Virus record (IMG/VR): IMGVR_UViG_3300037047_000246
Source of the DNA: a virus
Taxonomy: Duplodnaviria > Caudoviricetes
Length of the DNA: 64,000 nucleotides
Reading direction: 5' to 3' (one strand)
The stretch's first letter is position 1. The number at the start of each line of letters is the position of its first letter. The translations under genes and the position numbers were made by a program. Below, piece after piece: positions 9,166-17,109 of the stretch. Under the pieces are notes generated by a model. That model was given only the letters and a program-made list of their open reading frames with translations. It was not told the DNA's origin and made no database searches.

Positions 9166-9235
9166 ATCCCTTTTGAAGCCGACCTTCGAGCGCAACTGGA
9201 GGTCGGGCCGGCTCGCGCGTACCGAGTGCAGGAGA
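9166..9235 (+). repeat. copy 2 of the hairpin + CGTAC + RBS module
   Basis: Near-identical to 6370-6438; CGTAC at 9218-9222; precedes ATG 9242. Confidence 0.9.
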
Positions 9236-9241
9236 TGACGC

Positions 9242-9619
9242 ATGGCGAAGAGAAAGACCCCTGAGCAGATTGTCGCCGAAGTGCATGAGCACAATCCGGA
9301 CGGGCTCGACATCGGCGTGCCGGTCGACTACGCGCCGTCCGACGGCGAGGTGGACAACATCGTCTATCTGGTGTGCAAATACGCCGCGAACTGGCCCATG
9401 CGCGGCGCGGACTTGGCCATCTGCAAGATGATGGCCGGCGAGATGCGAGGGCGCGAGGGCATTGAGCAGCTCGTGCGCGTGACGTGCGAGTACGTCTGGG
9501 ACCATATCTGCGGCGAGCCCAAGAAGCCGACGGCCAAAGACTTTTTCAAGCACATGAAGCCTCTTCTCGAGGAGTGGTATAGCAAAACCTCGGCGGACGA
9601 CAGGAGCAAAACGTCATGA
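9242..9619 (+). CDS. hypothetical protein
   Basis: 125 aa; after the TGA the same frame continues PVLDLWREVIARDLGALS, resembling the shared C-terminal module. Confidence 0.7.
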   Translation: MAKRKTPEQIVAEVHEHNPDGLDIGVPVDYAPSDGEVDNIVYLVCKYAANWPMRGADLAICKMMAGEMRGREGIEQLVRVTCEYVWDHICGEPKKPTAKDFFKHMKPLLEEWYSKTSADDRSKTS

Positions 9620-9687
9620 CCCGTGCTCGACCTGTGGCGCGAGGTGATCGCCAGAGATCTCGGAGCCTTGAGTTGAAGGAGGATGGA

Positions 9688-9807
9688 ATGAAGGCACTGC
9701 TGGCGAAGTATGGGATGACTCCGGAGCAAGTATACGAAACCGGTGTGTTTTGTGCGTTGGATCTGTGTGCAAGACTCATAATCTTGCAGCCACGACGCAG
9801 ATCGTAG
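9688..9807 (+). pseudogene. truncated paralog of the repeat-protein N-terminus
   Basis: AAGGAGG RBS; MKALLAKYGMTPEQVYETGVFCALDLC versus MKDLLQKHGLTPEEAFKLGLRCILDLC; no repeats follow. Confidence 0.6.
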
Positions 9808-9846
9808 CCCGGCTGACGTATCGCCCGCCGGAAGGAGCAAGAAGTC

Positions 9847-10077
9847 ATGATTCAGATCACCACCATCACGCGCGGCTACTTGACTCACGCCGACCGCAAG
9901 CGCGCCATCAAGCACCTCCGTCGCCGCGGCTATGATCACTTCGTCGAGTACCGGGACACGGCCGCGAAGTACGCGCTGTGCTACGGCAAGTACATCCGGC
10001 TCGAGCGGATGCAATGCCAGGACCTGCTCGGGCTGGCCGCCGGGCCGGTCCAGCTTCCCCTGGCAGGAGTTCGGTGA
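9847..10077 (+). CDS. basic hypothetical protein
   Basis: GCAGA-N15-CGTAT motif variant and AAGGAG RBS upstream. Confidence 0.65.
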   Translation: MIQITTITRGYLTHADRKRAIKHLRRRGYDHFVEYRDTAAKYALCYGKYIRLERMQCQDLLGLAAGPVQLPLAGVR

Positions 10078-10099
10078 TGTCCGGCGGGAGGGACGACTG

Positions 10100-10462
10100 A
10101 TGACAGACGAAGACAAACTGATTGCCGAAGTGCACGAGGAAGAGATCAAGAAGATCTTTCTGTTCGTCCGCGGTCCGCTGGACAATGCCATATCTTGGGC
10201 TGAGCTCTGGACTCAGCGGCAGGCTGAGGACTACGTCAAGCACGACCTGGCGAAAGCCGGCGTTCTAGGGAAGCCTTTCGAATCGTACAGGGTGGAGCGC
10301 CACCGGGAAGAGAGCGAGGTCTCCATCTTGATCTGGGGCGAAGACAGTCCGAGCGTCCAGCTCGACGACTACGGAGACAAGAAAGGCCTGCTCGTAAAGC
10401 TGGATGGCAAAGAAGTCTTCAGCAATCTTCGACCCATCGAAGATGATGAGGAGGTCGAATGA
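10100..10462 (+). CDS. hypothetical protein
   Basis: GGAGG RBS, ATG at 10100. Confidence 0.7.
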   Translation: MTDEDKLIAEVHEEEIKKIFLFVRGPLDNAISWAELWTQRQAEDYVKHDLAKAGVLGKPFESYRVERHREESEVSILIWGEDSPSVQLDDYGDKKGLLVKLDGKEVFSNLRPIEDDEEVE

Positions 10463-10902
10463 AGACCGTGCTCACCATCGGCGGGTTCATCGCGGCGGCG
10501 GTCTTGGCTTGCATGGCTCTGGTCTTGGTGGGGGCCTTGAACCTGGTGCTCAACGGCTACCACTCGGAGTGCGGCATCTGGGAGAACGCGGTGCCGTTCG
10601 CTTGCAACCCCGGCAAGAAGCCTGAGGGGAAAGCCAACGTCGCCCGCCCTGCCCCGCCCGCCAAGGCCTCCTTGAAGGCGTCCGCCGCGCCGCAAAGGCC
10701 GGCCGGCCGCCTCGCGCCGCAGAAAGCAGCCGCAGTTTCAAAGCCCTCAAACAATCCGTACACGGGCCGGCGAGAGCCTTGGGGCTGCGGCCCGCTTCAA
10801 GCCGAGCCTTACCGGGTGCAGTGCGTCAACGGGATCTGCTACCACGACCCTGGATTTCGCGCAAACTGCGGCCTGGCGCACGACTGGAGGGACGGGCAAT
10901 GA
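10459..10902 (+). CDS. membrane-anchored or secreted protein with Pro/Ala linker and Cys-rich tail
   Basis: Hydrophobic N-terminus (GGFIAAAVLACMALVLVGALNLVL); P/A/K-rich linker; four-Cys C-terminus. Confidence 0.7.
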   Translation: MKTVLTIGGFIAAAVLACMALVLVGALNLVLNGYHSECGIWENAVPFACNPGKKPEGKANVARPAPPAKASLKASAAPQRPAGRLAPQKAAAVSKPSNNPYTGRREPWGCGPLQAEPYRVQCVNGICYHDPGFRANCGLAHDWRDGQ

Positions 10903-11505
10903 AGACTCGGCAAGAGTTGCTGAACTTGATCCAGCAGTCGTCCGACGACCTGCTCAAAGCGATGTCGGATGCCGTTCAGCTACATAGGCATAATGTCAAC
11001 AGTCAGCTGCAGCAAGAGCAAAAAATATAAGAAGCCCGCAATCGCATCGCGAAAGACCGTGCGGGCTTCAAGCGGCTTCTGCTGCGCTCGAAGCTGCAGG
11101 TGGCCCGGGTCAAGGGCTATGAGCTGCGCAAGTGGAATCTGCGTTTGATCGACGCCAGCCCGGTCGCCCAAGTCCCGGTCGTGCACGAGATCACGCTCTG
11201 CTCGGGCGACTACAGCGACTACAAGCTCGAGGAGCTGCTGCGAATTGCGGTGGCCAAAGAATACCAGGTGCCATGGTTTATGGGTAGTAACGGGCAAAAG
11301 ACTCGAAGTTGCCCGAAGCATGCATCCGGACGTCTGGTCCAAGGCGATGAAGCGGCTGCGCCGCAAGGCCGCTTGGATGACCGCCATGGACGCGGCCCGA
11401 TGCACGGCCAACCCGGCCGCACAGCACATGTCCAAAGACAAGCTGCTGGAGCTGGTCGGCCGCGCGTACGACAACGTGGTCCTGAAAGCAGTGCAGGATG
11501 TCTGA
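10899..11505 (+). pseudogene. disrupted gene with an in-frame TAA (11028-11030) and a frameshift near 11270-11300
   Basis: The frame of 10899 continues past TAA into 11100..; the plausible C-terminus (…VVLKAVQDV) lies in the frame of 11245..11505; both breaks sit in AT-rich patches. Confidence 0.55.
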
Positions 11506-11866
11506 GCGCCTCAGGCCGTCCAGACGCCAGCTGGCGCAGGAGCTTGAAATGAGCGTCGAGATTCTGGAGTTCATGTTGGGTCTGGACCACTTCAGGCTGC
11601 GCTGGCGCAATCCGCTGCACGGCCCGGAGCGCAGCGAAGTCTACCGGTTCAGGCTCACTCCGGGCCGCAAGCAGCTGTCTGTGGCCACGACCGGATTCCC
11701 TTCGTTTGCGCCTCCGCCCGAGCTGCGCCAAGCGCTGGAAAAAGCCGGACACTGGACGGCGATCCGAGACCAGCTGATTCGCCAGGAGCTGGATGCCCTG
11801 GCCGCGCAATTCGGCGAGACGGTGCTGGCGCAGATTATGAAGTCAAGACGCGGCAGGCGCACTTGA
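11498..11866 (+). CDS. hypothetical protein
   Basis: 122 aa, overlapping the upstream stop. Confidence 0.65.
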   Translation: MSERLRPSRRQLAQELEMSVEILEFMLGLDHFRLRWRNPLHGPERSEVYRFRLTPGRKQLSVATTGFPSFAPPPELRQALEKAGHWTAIRDQLIRQELDALAAQFGETVLAQIMKSRRGRRT

Positions 11867-12129
11867 CAGCAAGGGCAGTGTTTGATCTTTCATTTGCGGC
11901 AACCTGCATGAGCAACATTCACGTGCGCGTCGCCGCTAGGGCGATTCAAGCAGCTCGATTCGAAGTCGATGGCCAGCCGTTCGACGAGCTTTATCTGGCT
12001 GCCCAAGAGGCGGAGTTTGCCCACTCGGACGACGGACAGCCGCACCAAGTGCTGGCCGTCGTGGACGACGAGCACGGCATGTTTTCGGCTGGAGAAGTGG
12101 TCTACACGTCCAAAGGCGCGCCGGAGTAG
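11863..12129 (+). CDS. hypothetical protein
   Basis: 88 aa; start uncertain. Confidence 0.55.
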   Translation: MTARAVFDLSFAATCMSNIHVRVAARAIQAARFEVDGQPFDELYLAAQEAEFAHSDDGQPHQVLAVVDDEHGMFSAGEVVYTSKGAPE

Positions 12130-12187
12130 CCGCGCAGGCTTGCATGCTTGGCGCGCAGGTGCGCTGTAAAGTCAGGGAGGTGACAAC

Positions 12188-12340
12188 ATGCACGCCTGCG
12201 GAAACCCTTTGCACGACGTTCCCCTGTACATCGTCATGGCGCTGCCGTTCTTGGCGCCCCTGCTGGTGTGGCTGAAGATGAAGTTCGGCCGCCGCTGCGA
12301 ATGCGGACACGACCACGCGCAAGACCACGAGCATACCTGA
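12188..12340 (+). CDS. 50-aa single-TM protein with Cys/His-rich tail
   Basis: GGGAGG RBS; MHACGNPLHDVPLYIVMALPFLAPLLVWLKMKFGRRCECGHDHAQDHEHT; below the ORF-track size cutoff. Confidence 0.7.
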   Translation: MHACGNPLHDVPLYIVMALPFLAPLLVWLKMKFGRRCECGHDHAQDHEHT

Positions 12341-12366
12341 CTTCGTCTGCGCGTCGAAGGGCCGGA

Positions 12367-12404
12367 GGAGATGCGGCGCGGCGGCGCGTACCTGTGCCGA
12401 GAGG
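12367..12404 (+). promoter_or_regulatory. CGTAC-type promoter-like motif plus RBS
   Basis: GGAGA-N15-CGTAC (12387-12391), GAGG at 12401, ATG at 12411. Confidence 0.6.
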
Positions 12405-12410
12405 TGCCGC

Positions 12411-12689
12411 ATGCTTCGAGATCGCAAAAATTTGAAGGACCTGGAGTTTGCAGCTGTGCTGCAGTTCGGCGTTCAGGCGGCGCGCTTGCGGTGCACTTCG
12501 GCTGAGCAAAACAGTCTGGGGTTTGTCAATCTCGACAAATCTGGCAATTCGACGCATGAGCAGTTGTCCATATCGTTCATGTCGTCCCGCGAAGTCGGGT
12601 TCGACCGGGTCATGTGCGGACTGTTGCACGCTGCTTACGGCGAGCAGTTCACTGGCTACAGGCATGACTACTGGATGCAATGCGGCTAG
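12411..12689 (+). CDS. hypothetical protein
   Basis: 92 aa, downstream of the motif. Confidence 0.65.
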   Translation: MLRDRKNLKDLEFAAVLQFGVQAARLRCTSAEQNSLGFVNLDKSGNSTHEQLSISFMSSREVGFDRVMCGLLHAAYGEQFTGYRHDYWMQCG

Positions 12690-12787
12690 CCACCATCTGC
12701 CTGAAGCTGGCGGCGTTCCTGGACATGATTGAAGTGGACGCACTTTGAGAGGTCATAAGAACAACGAGTAGGCTGAGGAGAAGCGTC

Positions 12788-13036
12788 ATGGACCCGAACG
12801 CAGCACGGATGAGGCAAGCGCAGAAGCAATTGGCTGCAGACTGGAACAAGAAACACCGAGTGGGTACGCCAGTGCGATACTGGCTCTCTGACAAACAAGT
12901 CGCGGCCGACGGCGAATCGGTCACAGGGACCGGGTCCGCAGTGCTGGGAGGCCGGGCAGGCGTGTTCGTGAAGGGTGTGGCGCATTTTGTGCCGCTGGAA
13001 ATGCTCGAGCCGATAGAGCCTGAGCAAAAGAGCTGA
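12788..13036 (+). CDS. conserved hypothetical phage protein
   Basis: WNKKHRVGTPVRYW...SAVLGGRAGVFVKG resembles a recurrent phage family (from memory). Confidence 0.7.
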   Translation: MDPNAARMRQAQKQLAADWNKKHRVGTPVRYWLSDKQVAADGESVTGTGSAVLGGRAGVFVKGVAHFVPLEMLEPIEPEQKS

Positions 13037-13038
13037 TT

Positions 13039-13311
13039 ATGAACCAGTTCAAGTTCAAGTTCAAGCCCGAGCGCGACGCCAAGGGCAACGCCGTCTTTGA
13101 TCCGCACCGCCCGTGGTGCTGCTGCTGGTCAGCAGCAGGCTTCTGCGGCCGACCAGCCAGGTTCTTGTGGTGCAACTTGGCGCGCCCCTCGCTGCAGGTG
13201 GGAGGAGGTGTGATGGCGCTGTGCAATCAGCACAACTGGAAGGCAGGTTACGACCAGTGGCGCCGAGTGACGGCCGACGAGCTGGACGTGCTGCTGGTGC
13301 ATGAGGTCTGA
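13039..13311 (+). CDS. small Cys-rich protein
   Basis: CCCW..FCGRPA..LCNQH; ends LLVHEV. Confidence 0.65.
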   Translation: MNQFKFKFKPERDAKGNAVFDPHRPWCCCWSAAGFCGRPARFLWCNLARPSLQVGGGVMALCNQHNWKAGYDQWRRVTADELDVLLVHEV

Positions 13312-13319
13312 AGCCGGGC

Positions 13320-13357
13320 GAAGGCCGAGCCCGCTCGCGCGTACCGAGGGGTGGAGG
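13320..13357 (+). promoter_or_regulatory. CGTAC-type promoter-like motif plus RBS
   Basis: GAAGG-N15-CGTAC (13340-13344), GGAGG at 13353-13357, ATG at 13367. Confidence 0.65.
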
Positions 13358-13366
13358 AACCTGGCG

Positions 13367-13558
13367 ATGCCCGAAGATCTCAACTACATCTGCGTGGACC
13401 GGTGCGACTGCTGCGGCTGCAGGCGAGTGGGCACGATGCTGCACCACTTGGGAACGCCGGTGCTGTTCCTGTGCGCCTCTTCCGAGTGCGGCGGCCGGGC
13501 AGTGTTCGAGGCGACAGCCCGGAGAGACATCGACCGGTGGCTCCAGGAGGCGGCCTGA
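13367..13558 (+). CDS. small Cys-rich protein
   Basis: CDCCGC..LFLC..EC; ends RWLQEAA. Confidence 0.65.
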   Translation: MPEDLNYICVDRCDCCGCRRVGTMLHHLGTPVLFLCASSECGGRAVFEATARRDIDRWLQEAA

Positions 13559-13605
13559 TGCAAGCTGGCGTTTTGGACGGTTTCACTCTTGCTGGAGGTG
13601 ATTGC

Positions 13606-13833
13606 ATGGCTCCGAAGTTCGAGCACGATTGCGACGAAGGCTGCCGGTTCCTGGGGCATCTGGCAGGCGTGGACCACTGGGTGCACGCCGAGAGCGATCC
13701 GGCCGGCTGCGAGCTCATCCAGCGCCGGAGCGACCAGCCGGCCGACTACTCCGCCTGGCCTCTGCAGGACGTCCCTTTGCTGCCCGCGCCCGCGCGCCAG
13801 CGCTGGGCGCTCACCCTGGCCTTGCTGGGCTGA
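13606..13833 (+). CDS. conserved hypothetical phage protein (PKFEHDCDxxCxFLG type)
   Basis: GGAGG RBS; HDC motif recalled from other phages. Confidence 0.7.
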   Translation: MAPKFEHDCDEGCRFLGHLAGVDHWVHAESDPAGCELIQRRSDQPADYSAWPLQDVPLLPAPARQRWALTLALLG

Positions 13834-13917
13834 GGTCCGCGTAGAGCTTTTGGAGCCCGCCCTGCTGCTCGGGGCGGGCCTTGGAATCGCAACCTTTCTG
13901 CTGTGGAGGTGACGGAC

Positions 13918-14280
13918 ATGTCGAATCCGAGTCTTACCAAGAAGATTGCCGGCGATCTGGCGAACAAGTACGGAGTGCCGATCGAGGCCGTGCTGCACGC
14001 GATGACGGCTGGACGTGGCTTGGCAATCGAGGAGTTGCGCGAAGGTCAACGACTGGCCGAATTCAGCGATCCGCAGCTGGCTTGCGCCGTACTGGCCGCT
14101 GTGCCGCGGGTGCGGCTGGTGGCTGGTCTTCGAGGCCTGGAGCTGCGGCCCGAGCGGCTGCTGGACGACCAGGGCATGGCCGAGCTGCAGTCGCTGGTGG
14201 CCATAGCTGAGCGCGCGGCTCGAGCCATGATGCCTCCCGAGGCAGAAGGCGCTCCGAGCGCGTACCAGGAGGGGCCTTAG
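13918..14280 (+). CDS. hypothetical protein
   Basis: GGAGG RBS, ATG at 13918. Confidence 0.7.
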   Translation: MSNPSLTKKIAGDLANKYGVPIEAVLHAMTAGRGLAIEELREGQRLAEFSDPQLACAVLAAVPRVRLVAGLRGLELRPERLLDDQGMAELQSLVAIAERAARAMMPPEAEGAPSAYQEGP

Positions 14281-14538
14281 CCGCAAGTGCCGGCAGTTTT
14301 AAATATGGCACAGATGTGAGCAAAATCTATGTCAAATATTCGGCAAATGCGTTTGGGCACTGGAAGCCGGCTGAACTGCGCGCCGAAAGGCCGCAGCGCG
14401 GCTCTCGACAAATTCGACCGAGACTGGAAGGCGCAGCTGTACGGCAGAACAGACGCGCTGTGGCAGCTGCGCTGCAGGCAGGACGTCCTTGTGGCTCGCC
14501 TGCGCGACGCGCTGCGGCAGCTTGACCTGGAGGTAAAG

Positions 14539-14730
14539 ATGAAGACGTGGAAAGTGTGCATGGTGGATGAGTCTGGTTGCCCGACGTCTCAAAAGCTGCA
14601 AGCATCAAGCCGGGACCAGGCGTGCGCCCTGGTGCTCGAGGGGCTGCGGCAGCAGGGCCTGCAAGCGGCAGTGCAGGTGCTGTGGGCCGAAGAAGTGCTG
14701 CCCGAGGACAGTTCGGACACTGACGTTTGA
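14539..14730 (+). CDS. hypothetical protein
   Basis: Internal GGAGG-taaag-ATG within ORF 14329..14730; the upstream in-frame part may be a fused or decayed gene. Confidence 0.55.
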   Translation: MKTWKVCMVDESGCPTSQKLQASSRDQACALVLEGLRQQGLQAAVQVLWAEEVLPEDSSDTDV

Positions 14731-14748
14731 ACCTGAAAGGAAGGCGAC

Positions 14749-15066
14749 ATGCTGAAGCCAGGTCAAAGAGTGTCGCACGACGGCCGAGGACTAGGCCGAG
14801 TGCTGGCAATCCGCCCGCTGCAGCCGAGCTGCGCCTGCCAGCTGGGCCGAGCCCTCGACTCCGGAGAGCCTGGCTTCGGCGCGCTGGCCTGCGCAGCCGT
14901 CTACGGGCCGGACAGGTACCCATACCTCGTTCGGTTCGATTGCGGCTACGAAGACGTGTACGCGCAGTCCGACCTGACCGAGGTCGCGGACTGCGCCGTC
15001 CTGCCCCGGGAAGGGCCTTCGGAGCCCGCCATCGAACAAGGTGGGGCTCGAGGTCGTCCGACCTAG
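14749..15066 (+). CDS. hypothetical protein, SH3-like beta pattern
   Basis: LKPGQRVSHDGRGLGRVL...YPYLVRFDCGYEDVY; last gene of the + strand block. Confidence 0.7.
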   Translation: MLKPGQRVSHDGRGLGRVLAIRPLQPSCACQLGRALDSGEPGFGALACAAVYGPDRYPYLVRFDCGYEDVYAQSDLTEVADCAVLPREGPSEPAIEQGGARGRPT

Positions 15067-15361
15067 GCCAAGGCGCAGGGAAGGCCAAGCTCGCTCAAGC
15101 GGCAGGCCAGTCCAGTCCAGGGGGCAGGACTGGGGCAGGTTTCCAAACCCCATGGCATATGCTCGCCAAAGGTATGTACCCTATTCGGCAAAGGAGCAGG
15201 GATTCGGTTCGAACCATGCCGTACCTTTGAACACCCTACCCTACTCCCTTTGAAGATGCGCGGCAGGAGTTCTGCCTTAGGGGCAGTATGCCAGACCAGG
15301 AGCCAGCAGCCCGACATAGTGCCTTGGGATAGTCTGCAAGTGTGTGGCATGGATAGAGCCA

Positions 15362-15958
15362 CTACTGCACATGCCTTGCGCCGGGATTATCTATAGGCAC
15401 CCAAGGCGCGCGGGGCTCGGTCCAAGGGTATGTGCCCGTTGGCCTGGGGCGCCTATCTCCGTCCAGACCTACCCGTGTCCAGTGGTCGCGAATGCTGCGG
15501 CATACTTGCAAGAATACTGGCACATCTGCCAAGCGCCACTGCTGCGCAGTTTTGAAACCCATCTCGCCCCCTCCGTCGCGAGAAGAGCAGTTGCGAACGG
15601 CCAGCGCCTGGAAATCTACCGAGACCCCTGCCAGATGCTCGAAGAGTCTGCCGGTATACTTCCAAACCCTGCTCTGGTGCCCTTCAGGCATAGCTGCCAG
15701 CAGCTCGGACCATCCCTGGCAGGCAGCAAGGCACACCCCCAGCTGCAGTTCGAGGGGCAGGCGCCAGTACTGCTCTGCGTAGGGCCTGCCTCGAAGCAAG
15801 TCCTCGGCTACGTTTCGGACCAGAGTTCGGTCCGCTTTGAGCAGGATCTGGCAGGGGATCCAGCGGTCCCTGCACCGGATCAGGTGCACAGAAGCTGAGG
15901 GCTTGTAGCGCCTGTAGTTCGACAGCGCTCTGTCTAGCACGGCGGATTTGCAAATCAT
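15362..15958 (-). CDS. hypothetical protein
   Basis: 198 aa; the overlapping + strand ORF looks antisense. Confidence 0.5.
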   Translation of the reverse strand: MICKSAVLDRALSNYRRYKPSASVHLIRCRDRWIPCQILLKADRTLVRNVAEDLLRGRPYAEQYWRLPLELQLGVCLAACQGWSELLAAMPEGHQSRVWKYTGRLFEHLAGVSVDFQALAVRNCSSRDGGGEMGFKTAQQWRLADVPVFLQVCRSIRDHWTRVGLDGDRRPRPTGTYPWTEPRAPWVPIDNPGARHVQ

Positions 15959-16019
15959 GGAGGTCTGGGTGTCCTTTCAGGTAGGCCGGTGGGCACTTCT
16001 CGCCAAACGTCGGATACGA

Positions 16020-16085
16020 CTTTGGGCGGACGCCCGCCAGGGGACGTCCGCCCAAAGAGAGGGGAGGGGCCTTGCGGCCCCTCCC
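16020..16085 (-). terminator. two tandem GC-rich hairpins just after the stop of 16091..16567
   Basis: 13-bp arms 16020-16032/16045-16057; 10-bp arms 16062-16071/16076-16085 with a GCAA loop on the minus strand, followed by CTCTCTTT. Confidence 0.7.
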
Positions 16086-16090
16086 GCGGG

Positions 16091-16567
16091 TCACTTCACC
16101 GAGAACATCTGGGCCGTGACGGCCAGTTCGGGATTCTCGGCCATGGCCCAGGTCCTGAGGCAGACGCTCGTCTGCTTGGCGTAGCGGCCGCCGATGTGCT
16201 GCAAGAAGGCCTCATGGCCCGTGAACTTCTGGCCATCGCAGCGGTACTCCAGGGCCTCGTCAGGGGAGGCGCCCAGGATGAGGGATTGGATCAGCTTGCT
16301 GGCCGAGGCGGCGTGCGAGCTCATCAGGCCACGCTTGTTCTTCTCGATGGTCTCCCGCTTGGCCTGCTCCGCGTCGGTCTGCAGGTGGAACATCGTGACC
16401 GCCACCAGGGTGCGCAGGTCCGGGTCGTTCTCCAGCCGGGCACGCACCGCCTTTTCCCCCACGAAGGGGTAGACCCTGGCGTCGCGAGAGACCACGGGCG
16501 GGACCGCCTCGGCGAGGCGCTGCAGGCAGGTGTCCAGAGAGGTGAGCTCGGTGATGTTGATCGTCAT
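16091..16567 (-). CDS. hypothetical protein
   Basis: AAGGAG RBS before ATG 16567; strongly GC-ending codons; terminator downstream. Confidence 0.8.
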   Translation of the reverse strand: MTINITELTSLDTCLQRLAEAVPPVVSRDARVYPFVGEKAVRARLENDPDLRTLVAVTMFHLQTDAEQAKRETIEKNKRGLMSSHAASASKLIQSLILGASPDEALEYRCDGQKFTGHEAFLQHIGGRYAKQTSVCLRTWAMAENPELAVTAQMFSVK

Positions 16568-16765
16568 TGGCTGGCTCCTTTGGGGCTCGCGGCCCCGTTG
16601 CAGTTGCGCGGTCGCCCGCGCCTTCGTTACTCGCGGCCAGGCGCGATCGCCGAGCGGCCGCCGGTCCCGCGCGATCGTCGCGCCGTCCCGCACCACCTGA
16701 TACGCGCGCAGCCGCACAGCCGCCGGGAATCCGTAAATCGGACAGGGCGGCATGGCCCCAGGGCG

Positions 16766-16815
16766 GCGTACCCATCCCGGATTTACGGGGCCCCGTAAAT
16801 CCGGGATGGGTACGC
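16766..16815. repeat. perfect 50-bp palindrome with no spacer
   Basis: GCGTACCCATCCCGGATTTACGGGG|CCCCGTAAATCCGGGATGGGTACGC, checked base by base; centre 16790/16791. Confidence 0.97.
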
Positions 16816-16880
16816 ATATACGTATAGGGAGGGATTATACGGTATGTATATGTAGTATAATATCCTACCCAGTAAATATG
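16816..16880. other. AT-rich tract (possible unwinding element) containing TATAAT
   Basis: atatacgtatagggagggattatacggtatgtatatgtagtataatatcc in an otherwise very GC-rich context. Confidence 0.6.
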
Positions 16881-17029
16881 GGAGGGCGGCGAGTATCTCT
16901 TTTGGGGTGGGGAACCGGATGCACACTTTGTAAATCCGGGGACCCGCGGAAATAGGGTCGTTCGATATGCGCGACGACGATCCCGCGAAGAAGTTCAAAT
17001 AGACTGACAGTTTGTTCAGTTATATCCAG

Positions 17030-17074
17030 TCCGGATCAGTCATATCCGGATCAGTCATATCCGGCTCAGTCATA
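17030..17074. repeat. 3x15-bp tandem repeat TCCGG(A/C)TCAGTCATA (iteron-like)
   Basis: Units at 17030-17044, 17045-17059 and 17060-17074, plus partial TCAGTTATA at 17016-17024. Confidence 0.9.
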
Positions 17075-17109
17075 CCCAATCATGATAGCATGCCGGCTCC
17101 GGAAGGCTG

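Noticed and set aside
3846-9553. Long minus-strand ORFs such as 3846..4910 and 7742..9553 (also 17397..18521, 19534..21342 and similar)
   Set aside because: Antisense shadows of GC-rich + or - strand genes, with low-complexity R/A/P content and no RBS or motifs.
9617-11030. Stop-codon recoding suggested by in-frame TGA (9617) and TAA (11028)
   Set aside because: The two stops are different codons, and long conserved genes end normally at TGA, TAA and TAG. Point mutations explain them.
15200-15230. tRNA suggested by GGTTCGAA
   Set aside because: No acceptor, D or anticodon stems could be built around it.
16766-16815. Palindrome as a fold-back assembly or MDA chimera
   Set aside because: Such chimeras usually give long inverted duplications; here symmetry stops at 25 bp per arm and related motifs recur nearby. 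Cannot be fully excluded without reads.
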